A stretch of 64,000 bases of DNA, from assembly GCA_964527775.1 (NCBI GenBank), contig CAZGQS010000009.1, positions 3,416 through 67,415 on the forward strand, written 5' to 3'. Within the stretch, counting starts at the first letter, position 1. The number at the start of each line of letters is the position of its first letter. The notes beneath the pieces were generated by a model that saw only the letters and a program-made list of their open reading frames with translations, did no database searches and was not told where the DNA came from. This stretch comes from an uncultured Rhizobium sp. (GTDB lineage: Bacteria > Bacteroidota > Bacteroidia > NS11-12g > UBA955). Of this stretch, positions 16,981 through 24,733 are shown piece by piece. The position numbers and the translations under genes are program-made.

Positions 16981-17580
16981 TCTTTTGTTCTTTATTACTA
17001 AAACTGAAATAAATCACTCTCCTACATCAAAAAAATCTTATTGATGTTCAGTTCATATTCTATGCAAAACTATGAGGTTTGTAATTAAATTCAGTTTCAA
17101 GATTAAATGTGTACATATATCTTTTTGGTACTGCAATACTACAATTCATCTATGCAGTTTTACTTCACACATTTAAATGTGTTATTTTCAATTAGCTTCG
17201 AGATAAATTTAGAAATCGTAATTTAACCACAAATGCCCACCCCATCACCCATATCACAGAAATTCAGATCCCTCAAAAACTTCTTAAAATCGAAATTCCC
17301 GAAGTCGAAAAAAATATATTTACTGCGGTTTTGCCTATTCTTCATGAGCTATGCAATGATCATTTTCGTTGATCTGTATTATCTTGGAAATAAAAACCAT
17401 TGGAACACCTTTGACAAAATACGTATAAAGACCTACCTTAAGTCGGTGATTTATGTAGGATATACCACCCCTCCAATCGGGCCGCTCAGAATGATGCACT
17501 ACTCCAGCCGACTTGGAAATGCATTCTTAAAAAAGGAAATGGCCAATCCGCCGCTAATATTGTAGCAGAAAACCAATAAC

Positions 17581-18537
17581 ATGCCTCACACTCCTATTAT
17601 CATTGCCACCAACACCATTAAATCTGCCTTCCTAGGCCTGGCCATTGGTGATGCGCTCGGGGTTCCGGTGGAGTTTAAGTCAAGAGAATACTTGAATGAA
17701 AATCCGGTGACAGATTTTATGGGATTTGGAACGCATTCGCAGATGCCAGGCACCTTTTCCGACGATGCATCGATGGCGTTTTGCCTTGCCGAAAGTTTGA
17801 TTCAAGGATATGAATTAGATCGTACAGCACAGTATTTTCTTAAATGGTATAAGGAGCAATACTGGACGGCACGCGGTAATATTTTCGATATTGGACTTAC
17901 AACCCAAGAAGTCATGCAAAAACTCGCCGATGGTCATTCGCCTAAACACAGCGGCAAATACACCATCAACAGCAATGGAAATGGTTCCCTCATGCGAACA
18001 TTGCCCTTGGCATTTTACACCGCCAATCTGCCCATCCACGAGCGCTTTCGAATCACCACGGAGGTTTCCAAAATTACTCATGCGCATGCCTTATCCTATA
18101 TCAGTTGCTTCTATTACACCGAATTTGCCCGTGAACTCATCCAAGCCAAAACCAAGGAGGAGGCAATCCAAAATCACATCCTGAACTTCACGAATTTCCT
18201 CTCTACCATATCCCTTGATGAAGACACCCTGCCCTACTTCGCGCGGCTGCTTTCAGCAGATTTCGCCAGTTTAACGTCCCCCGAAATAAAAAGCACGGGA
18301 TTTGTGATTGACACTCTCGAAGCCGGCATGTGGTGCTTCTTGAACACCTCCAATTTTTCGGATGCCGTTCTCAGGGCCGTAAACCTCGGCAATGATACCG
18401 ATACCGTGGGATGCGTTACCGGGGGACTTGCCGGACTTTTTTACCCCCTCAGCTCCATTCCCGCCCATTGGATTTCGCAACTCGCCCGCTCTGAAGACAT
18501 CGTGAATCTCGCAGAGCGTTTAGAGTTTAGAGTGTAG
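17581..18537 (+). CDS. ADP-ribosylglycohydrolase family protein (DraG/ARH-like)
   Basis: The N-terminal signature AFLGLAIGDALGVPVEF (the GDALG.P.E motif of pfam ADP_ribosyl_GH) is followed by conserved Asp/Thr-rich metal-site regions (NDTDTVG). Confidence 0.8.
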   Translation: MPHTPIIIATNTIKSAFLGLAIGDALGVPVEFKSREYLNENPVTDFMGFGTHSQMPGTFSDDASMAFCLAESLIQGYELDRTAQYFLKWYKEQYWTARGNIFDIGLTTQEVMQKLADGHSPKHSGKYTINSNGNGSLMRTLPLAFYTANLPIHERFRITTEVSKITHAHALSYISCFYYTEFARELIQAKTKEEAIQNHILNFTNFLSTISLDEDTLPYFARLLSADFASLTSPEIKSTGFVIDTLEAGMWCFLNTSNFSDAVLRAVNLGNDTDTVGCVTGGLAGLFYPLSSIPAHWISQLARSEDIVNLAERLEFRV

Positions 18538-18598
18538 GGTTGAGAGTTTAGAGTTGAGAGTCAATCAGAAAGATGTTTGAAAACCTTATATTTGTGTT

Positions 18599-18892
18599 AT
18601 GAATTTGGACAACCCAACTTTAGAAGCCATCAAAGAGTACTTTAGAACTCGACCAGTTCTTAAAGCATATTTATTTGGCTCCTATGTTAGGGGACAAGCT
18701 GACAACCAAAGCGATATTGATATTTTAGTCGACTTAGATTATTCTCAAAGGATCGGTTTAGGTTTCGTTCAAATGCAAATAGATCTCGAGCGAATTCTTA
18801 AAAAGAAAGTAGACTTAGTATCTTCTAACAGCCTGTCAAAATATATTAAGCCAATAGTTGAGAACGAAAAGAAGCTAATTTATGCGCGGTAG
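18599..18892 (+). CDS. Nucleotidyltransferase-domain protein (MNT-type antitoxin of a HepT/MNT pair)
   Basis: The Pol-beta NTase motif GSYVRGQADNQSDIDILVDL is present. Confidence 0.7.
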   Translation: MNLDNPTLEAIKEYFRTRPVLKAYLFGSYVRGQADNQSDIDILVDLDYSQRIGLGFVQMQIDLERILKKKVDLVSSNSLSKYIKPIVENEKKLIYAR

Positions 18893-19100
18893 ATTAGGAG
18901 ACAATGCTCGGTTGAAACATATACTTGATGCAATTGTCGAAATAGAATCCTATTTAATCGACACTGATTATGAAGCATTTCTGAACAATTCAATAATGAG
19001 ATTGGCTTGCATAAAACAAATGGACTTCAATCTAAAGAATGTAATTCGAGAAAATTGCATAAATTGCATTCATGTTAACCAGAGCAGAAATAGAAAGTAA
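18882..19100 (+). pseudogene. HepT/DUF86-like toxin fragment (truncated at 72 aa; lacks the RX4HXY motif)
   Basis: The N-terminus RLKHILDAIVEIESYLIDTDYEAFL matches the DUF86 start (..L.HIL.AI..I..Y). The ORF then ends prematurely in low-complexity sequence. Confidence 0.4.
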
Positions 19101-19362
19101 ATTAAGGCAAATGAAGCCGGAACTTGCTTACAAGTTTCACGTTAGTCAAATTGGCTATTTCGGCTCATTCGCAAATGACAAACAAACTGAAAGTAGCGAC
19201 CTAGATATACTTGTTGAATTTTCAGAGCCAATCGGCTGGGAGTTCTTCACACTTGAACGTTTTCTGGAACAATCATTTGGAATCCCGATTGACCTCGTAA
19301 CAAAAAATGCTCTTAAAGAAAGAATCAAAGACCCTATTTTAAACCAAGTCAACTACATTTGA
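19072..19362 (+). CDS. Nucleotidyltransferase-domain protein (MNT-type antitoxin)
   Basis: FGSFANDKQTESSDLDILVEF is the GS...SD.D motif. Confidence 0.7.
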   Translation: MLTRAEIESKLRQMKPELAYKFHVSQIGYFGSFANDKQTESSDLDILVEFSEPIGWEFFTLERFLEQSFGIPIDLVTKNALKERIKDPILNQVNYI

Positions 19363-19715
19363 AACCGAGCGAAAGAAATCCAATTCTTTATTTGGAAGAC
19401 ATGAAATTGTCTATGGAAAGAGTACAGGAATACATTGAAGGGCTCGATTTTCAACATTTCAAGTGGGACTATAAGACTGTTGATGCAGTAATCCGAAATT
19501 TTGAAATTATTGGTGAAGCAAGTAAAAATTTGCCCAGGCAGTTAAAAGATAAATATTCGAATATTCCGTGGGAGGAAATGTACCGCTTAAGAAATAGAAT
19601 ATCACACGAGTACTTTGGAATTGACTATGAAATTCTTTGGGATATTGCAAGCAATCATTTGCCTCAGAATTATGCTGACATTTTAAGGGTTATAGAAGTC
19701 GAACGTCAGTCGTGA
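19359..19715 (+). CDS. HepT-like (DUF86) nucleotidyltransferase-substrate-binding toxin
   Basis: It has the RNRISHEY motif (the RX4HXY motif of HEPN/DUF86) and overlaps the upstream MNT gene by 4 nt. Confidence 0.7.
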   Translation: MKPSERNPILYLEDMKLSMERVQEYIEGLDFQHFKWDYKTVDAVIRNFEIIGEASKNLPRQLKDKYSNIPWEEMYRLRNRISHEYFGIDYEILWDIASNHLPQNYADILRVIEVERQS

Positions 19716-19799
19716 ATCCGCACTAGGCATTTATAGCATTCGTCCAAAATTGTAAATACTATTTTAGTTTAGACTTCCTAGCTAATCGGCAGACACATC

Positions 19800-20489
19800 G
19801 TTAAATTTGAGCAAGGCGGTAAGAAAAAGGTAGAATATGGAAGTTTTCTTGATGAAAAGCTTTCAAAAGACCTTCCACGATTATATGGGAAGGGGAATAG
19901 TAGATCTAACTTGCTTTACATGAGATAACTTTAACTGACTTTCCCAAAAAGTGAGACGCTGTCTAACGTATTGGGTTGGAGCCATTATTTTGAAATTTTA
20001 CGTTCCGACAACGAACTTGAAATCAGCTTCTACATCAAACAAGCAGAGAAAGAAAATTGGAGCGTGAGAGAACTTAAACGACAAATGAAAAGTATTCTAT
20101 TTCATCGTTTAGCTTTAAGTAAAGACAAAAACGGAATTTTGGAACTTTCCGAGCAGACGATGATGGAAAATTTAAAACTCGCACCAGCGGTGAGAGAAAG
20201 AAATAAAGACATTTCTAATACCTTCAAAGTCGGCTACGTTTTTGAATTTTTGAACTTGCCGGACCCTCATAGTGAAACCGACTTGCAGCGCGGACTTGTA
20301 AGTCAAATGAAAATCCTAGCATTGGAGTTCTCTTGTGCAAGGACAAAGACAGTGAAGTTGTAGAATATGCTTTGAGTAGAAGCCTTTCTCCAACAATGGT
20401 TTCTGAATATAAAACAAAACTCCCCGACAAGAAAATTTTACAACAAAAACTGCACGAACTATTTGATACTGAAAAGGGCAATAAATAGA
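19800..20489 (+). pseudogene. YhcG/DUF1016-family (PDDEXK-nuclease-like) pseudogene with frameshifts and an internal deletion of the nuclease core
   Basis: Three frames carry ordered pieces of the family: ...KKVEYGSFLDEKLSKDLPRLYGKGNSRSNLLYMR...; LGWSHYFEILRSDNELEISFYIKQAEKENWSVRELKRQMKSILFHRLALS...DPHSETDLQRGLVSQMKILALEF (the typical YhcG N-terminal half); and a C-terminal tail ...EVVEYALSRSLSPTMVSEYKTKLPDKKILQQKL in another frame. Confidence 0.5.
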
Positions 20490-20504
20490 GTGAATGTTGC
20501 TAAC

Positions 20505-20780
20505 TAAGAGTTTAGGGTTGAGAGTTGACGGCTTCGCCGGAGACTGACGGCTTCGCCGGAGACTGACGGCTGCGCCGGAGACTGATGGCTGTGCCAGAGA
20601 CTTTGAGACTGGCGCTCCGCGTGGCTGGGCAGCTTCGCTGCTGCTATCAGCTATCAGCTATCGGCTGTCGGCCGACCACCGACCACCGACCACCGACCAC
20701 CGATCACCGATCACCGATCACCGACCACCGACCACCGACCACCGAAAACCGACCACCGAAAACCGATTACCGCCCCCACA
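20505..20780. repeat. GC-rich composite tandem-repeat block: a 19-bp unit x4 (20527-20602), a CTATCAG-like heptamer x4 (20644-20671) and about 12 copies of the 8-bp unit CCGACCAC (20672-20772)
   Basis: Direct reading: GACGGCTTCGCCGGAGACT x2, then GACGGCTGCGCCGGAGACT and GATGGCTGTGCCAGAGACT. Then ctatcagctatcagctatcggctgtcgg. Then (ccgaccac)n with the variants ccgatcac and ccgaaaac. The block is strongly GC-rich against an AT-rich background and lies immediately upstream of typA. Confidence 0.8.
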
Positions 20781-20831
20781 TAACAATTAATTCATAAATT
20801 ATACCGAAATTCGCGCAATTTTAATTTTAAC

Positions 20832-22646
20832 ATGTCTCAACTGCGCAACATTGCAATCATCGCCCACGTTGACCACGGGAAAACCACTCTGGTCGACAAA
20901 ATGCTCCACCAAGCCAAACTATTTCGTGAAAATCAAGACTTCGGCGAACTTATTCTAGATAATAATGACCTCGAACGCGAACGCGGAATTACCATCCTAG
21001 CGAAAAATGTTAGCGTCATCTGGAAAGGCACCAAAATTAATATCATCGATACCCCTGGTCACGCCGACTTTGGCGGTGAAGTTGAACGTGTATTGAATAT
21101 GGCCGACGGTGTGCTTCTGCTTGTAGATGCCTTCGAAGGACCTATGCCCCAAACCCGTTTTGTATTGCAAAAAGCCCTTGCCCTTGGCAAGAAGCCTATT
21201 GTGGTTATTAATAAGGTGGATAAACCAAACTGTGATCCCGAAAAAACCCATGACGATATCTTCGACCTTTTCTTTAACCTAGGTGCTAACGAAGAGCAAC
21301 TCGACTTTACCACCGTTTTCGGTTCTGGTAAAAATGGTTGGTTCGGTCCTGATTTTAGAAATCCTACGCCCGATTTGACTTTCTTGATGGATACCATCGT
21401 GAAAGTGATTCCTGAGCCTCACGTAGAAGAAGGAACCAACCAAATGCAAATCACCAGCTTAGACTATTCTAGCTTTACAGGTCGTATTGCCATTGGTAGA
21501 TTGAAGCGCGGACATTTGAAAGAGAACATGCCCGTTTCGTTGGTGAAGCGCGATGGACGTATTGAAAAGCATAAAATCAAAGAAATTTATACTTTCACCG
21601 GATTGGGTAAAGCCAAGGTAACCGAGGTTACTGCTGGTGATATTTGTGCGGTTACGGGATTGGAAAACTTCGAAATTGGAGATTGTATCTGCGATCTTGA
21701 AAATCCAGAAGCATTGCCACAAATGAAGATTGACGAGCCTACCATGAGTATGCTTTTTGCCATCAACAACTCTCCTTTCTTTGGTAAAGAGGGTAAGCAC
21801 GTGACTTCTCAGAAGATTCGTGAGCGTTTGATGAAAGAGACCGAGAAAAACTTGGCATTGAGGGTTCAAGAGACCAACTCTGCTGATCAGTTTTTGGTTT
21901 TTGGACGTGGAATTCTTCACTTGGGCGTATTGGTTGAAACCATGCGTCGTGAAGGTTATGAATTGCAATTGGGTCAGCCCCGCGTCATTTTGAAAGAAAT
22001 CGACGGCGTTAGATGTGAACCTATTGAGATATTGACCGTTGACGTACCTGATGCACACTCAGGTAAAGTAATTGAATACGTGTCCCAAAGAAAAGGTGAA
22101 ATGCTTAGCATGGAACCTAAGGGTGATATGGTTCGTTTGGAATTTGAGGTTCCTTCTCGCGGACTTATTGGCTTGAGAAACAATTTGTTGACTGCTACCC
22201 AAGGGGAGGCCATCATGGCGCATAGATTCAAGGCATACGAAGCTTACAAAGGTGAGATTCCGGGTCGTATCAACGGAGTATTGATATCCAAAGAAAAAGG
22301 AAGCTCTACGGGCTATTCTATGGACAAGTTGAAAGACAGAGGAAACTATTTCATTCCTACGAATTCGGAGATTTATGCCGGACAGATTGTTGGTGAGCAC
22401 ATCAAGCCAGGAGATTTGGTGTTGAACCTTTGTACTGCTAAGCAGTTGACCAACTTCCGTGCTGCGGGTAAAGACGATAGCACTGTTTTGGCGCCACCAA
22501 AGGTGTTTTCATTGGAGGAAGCAATGGAATACATTCAGGGAGATGAGTACGTTGAGGTAACCCCTGAAAACATTCGTTTGAGAAAGATTTTGTTGGATGA
22601 GAACGAGCGTAAGCGCGCATCCAATAAGTTAGAAACCATGAGTTAA
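20832..22646 (+). CDS. typA: Translational GTPase TypA/BipA
   Basis: IRNIAIIAHVDHGKTTLVDKML, DNNDLERERGITI and NIIDTPGHADFGGEVER; 604 aa. Confidence 0.95.
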   Translation: MSQLRNIAIIAHVDHGKTTLVDKMLHQAKLFRENQDFGELILDNNDLERERGITILAKNVSVIWKGTKINIIDTPGHADFGGEVERVLNMADGVLLLVDAFEGPMPQTRFVLQKALALGKKPIVVINKVDKPNCDPEKTHDDIFDLFFNLGANEEQLDFTTVFGSGKNGWFGPDFRNPTPDLTFLMDTIVKVIPEPHVEEGTNQMQITSLDYSSFTGRIAIGRLKRGHLKENMPVSLVKRDGRIEKHKIKEIYTFTGLGKAKVTEVTAGDICAVTGLENFEIGDCICDLENPEALPQMKIDEPTMSMLFAINNSPFFGKEGKHVTSQKIRERLMKETEKNLALRVQETNSADQFLVFGRGILHLGVLVETMRREGYELQLGQPRVILKEIDGVRCEPIEILTVDVPDAHSGKVIEYVSQRKGEMLSMEPKGDMVRLEFEVPSRGLIGLRNNLLTATQGEAIMAHRFKAYEAYKGEIPGRINGVLISKEKGSSTGYSMDKLKDRGNYFIPTNSEIYAGQIVGEHIKPGDLVLNLCTAKQLTNFRAAGKDDSTVLAPPKVFSLEEAMEYIQGDEYVEVTPENIRLRKILLDENERKRASNKLETMS

Positions 22647-22679
22647 TTATATTATCTTCGCATCACAAAAGATCAGACC

Positions 22680-24068
22680 ATGAAATTTGATATTGCTGTC
22701 ATAGGTAGTGGACCCGGCGGTTACGTTGCTGCCATCCGCGCTTCACAATTGGGTAAAAAAGTTGCCATCATCGAAAAAGCAGATTTAGGTGGTGTGTGTT
22801 TGAACTGGGGTTGTATACCCACCAAAGCCTTGTTAAAGAGTGCTCAGGTGTTCGATTACATCAACCACGCATCTGACTACGGAATTTCCGTAGCTGACGT
22901 TAAAAGCGATTTCGACGGCATGATTAAACGCAGTCGCGGAGTTGCCGATGGAATGAGCAAGGGTATTGCCTTCTTGATGAAGAAAAACAAGATTGAAGTC
23001 ATCAAAGGAACTGCAAAATTGGCCGGTAAAGGCAAAATTGCAGTTACTGGAGAAGATGGTAAAGTAAATACCGTTGAGGTAGATCATACTATTCTTGCAA
23101 CAGGTTCAAGAAGCCGCCAATTGCCAAACATTCCAATTGATGGAAAACACGTCATTGGATACCGCGAGGCGATGGTTCTTCCAAAGCAACCTAAAGAAAT
23201 GTTGATCATTGGTAGCGGTGCTATTGGAATGGAGTTCGCATACTTCTACAACACCATCGGTACCAAAGTGACCATCGTTGAGTTCATGAGCCGCATTCTT
23301 CCTGTGGAAGATGAGGAAGTGAGCAAGGCCATGGCCATGTCATACAAGAAAAAAGGCGTTGAAATTCTTACAGAATCAAGCGTTGAGAAAGTAGATATTA
23401 AAGGCGACCGTTGCACCGTGAGCATCAAGACCGCAAAAGGTGTTGAAACCCGTGAATGCGACATCGTTTTGAGCGCAGCAGGCGTTGAAACCAACCTTGA
23501 AAACTTAGGTTTAGAGGAGATGGGCGTTAAAACCGAAAGAGGTAAAGTAGTGGTAGACGAGTTCTACAAAACTACCGTTCCTGGCGTATATGCCATCGGT
23601 GATATCGTACCAGGTCCAGCTCTTGCGCACGTGGCTTCTGCAGAAGGAATCATTTGCGTTGAAGCTATCTGCGGACACCACCCCCAGCCGTTGAACTACG
23701 GTAACATCCCAGGTTGTACTTACACTCATCCTGAGGTTGCTTCAGTGGGACTTACTGAGGCTCAAGCTAAGGAAAAAGGGTACGAAATTCGCGTGGGTAA
23801 ATTCCCCTTCAGTGCAAGCGGAAAAGCCAGCGCTAGCGGACATAAAGACGGATTTGTTAAGGTTATTTTCGACAAGAAATACGGTGAGTGGTTGGGTTGC
23901 CACATGATGGGCGAAGGTGTTACAGACATGATCGCTGAAGCAGTGGTTGCTCGTAACCTTGAAACTACCGGTATGGAAGTGTTGAAGTCAGTGCATCCGC
24001 ATCCCACCATGAGCGAAGCCGTGATGGAAGCAGTAGCACAGGCCTACGATGAGTGTATACACTTATAA
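22680..24068 (+). CDS. lpdA: Dihydrolipoyl dehydrogenase
   Basis: FAD motif VIGSGPGGY, redox-active disulfide GGVCLNWGCIPTKALL, and the C-terminal dimerisation HPHPT motif. Confidence 0.9.
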   Translation: MKFDIAVIGSGPGGYVAAIRASQLGKKVAIIEKADLGGVCLNWGCIPTKALLKSAQVFDYINHASDYGISVADVKSDFDGMIKRSRGVADGMSKGIAFLMKKNKIEVIKGTAKLAGKGKIAVTGEDGKVNTVEVDHTILATGSRSRQLPNIPIDGKHVIGYREAMVLPKQPKEMLIIGSGAIGMEFAYFYNTIGTKVTIVEFMSRILPVEDEEVSKAMAMSYKKKGVEILTESSVEKVDIKGDRCTVSIKTAKGVETRECDIVLSAAGVETNLENLGLEEMGVKTERGKVVVDEFYKTTVPGVYAIGDIVPGPALAHVASAEGIICVEAICGHHPQPLNYGNIPGCTYTHPEVASVGLTEAQAKEKGYEIRVGKFPFSASGKASASGHKDGFVKVIFDKKYGEWLGCHMMGEGVTDMIAEAVVARNLETTGMEVLKSVHPHPTMSEAVMEAVAQAYDECIHL

Positions 24069-24076
24069 GCAGAGGC

Positions 24077-24718
24077 ATGCCTTTGCAGTCGTTTACCTTC
24101 AATCCTCTGGCTGAGAACACCTACATCCTCTGGGATGACAACACCAAACACGCCGCCATCATTGATGCCGGCATGTACAACCGAGACGAATGTCAACAGA
24201 TTAAGTCTTTTTTAGAAGACCATCAATTGACACTCACTCACTTGTTAGGTACTCACGCACATATTGATCACATTTTTGGTAATTGGTACATCAAGCAAGA
24301 ATTTGCTGATGTACCATACTACCTTCACGCCGATGACGTGAAAATGATTCAGCGCTCCGACGCCATGGCCGCAGTTTGGAGCCTAGATTATACTCCTTCT
24401 CCCCTCCCCGATCACTACGTTCAACACGGAGATTCCATTGTCATTGGAACCCTGAAGTTGGATGTTCGATTCGTTCCTGGACATTCACCCGGACACGTGA
24501 TTTACATCCAAGAAGACGAAAACATAGCCATCGTAGGTGATTGTGTTTTCCAAGGATCTATTGGTAGAACCGATCTTCCCGGAGGAAACCACGATCTACT
24601 TTTAGAGAAAATTCGTTCAGAAATCTTTACCCTTCCGGCAGACATGAAATTGTTCTGCGGACACGGACCTTCCACCACCGTGGAACACGAAATCAAACAC
24701 AATCCTTTTTTTCAGTAA
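24077..24718 (+). CDS. MBL-fold metallo-hydrolase (hydroxyacylglutathione hydrolase-like)
   Basis: HAHIDHIFG is the H.H.DH zinc-binding motif. The ATG is chosen at MPLQSF; an alternative upstream start at 24053 overlaps lpdA. Confidence 0.75.
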   Translation: MPLQSFTFNPLAENTYILWDDNTKHAAIIDAGMYNRDECQQIKSFLEDHQLTLTHLLGTHAHIDHIFGNWYIKQEFADVPYYLHADDVKMIQRSDAMAAVWSLDYTPSPLPDHYVQHGDSIVIGTLKLDVRFVPGHSPGHVIYIQEDENIAIVGDCVFQGSIGRTDLPGGNHDLLLEKIRSEIFTLPADMKLFCGHGPSTTVEHEIKHNPFFQ

Positions 24719-24733
24719 AGTGTTAGTATAGGC

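Noticed and set aside
17233-17565. 110-aa ORF upstream of the ADP-ribosylglycohydrolase gene
   Set aside because: It is a low-complexity, basic ORF with no motifs, and it occupies the likely promoter region of the downstream gene. It is probably non-coding.
1-20500. Prophage hypothesis for the AT-rich island
   Set aside because: There is no integrase, terminase, capsid, tail or portal-like ORF. The content is defence/TA/IS-type, so it is better described as a defence island.
20505-20780. Possible CRISPR array (regularly spaced direct repeats)
   Set aside because: The repeat units are 7, 8 and 19 bp and directly abut one another with no unique spacers. This is far shorter than CRISPR repeats, and no cas genes are present. 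It is a tandem micro/minisatellite.
20585-20797. 70-aa ORF (…PTTDHRPPTTDHRSP…)
   Set aside because: Its translation is just the 8-bp tandem repeat read in frame, so it is spurious.
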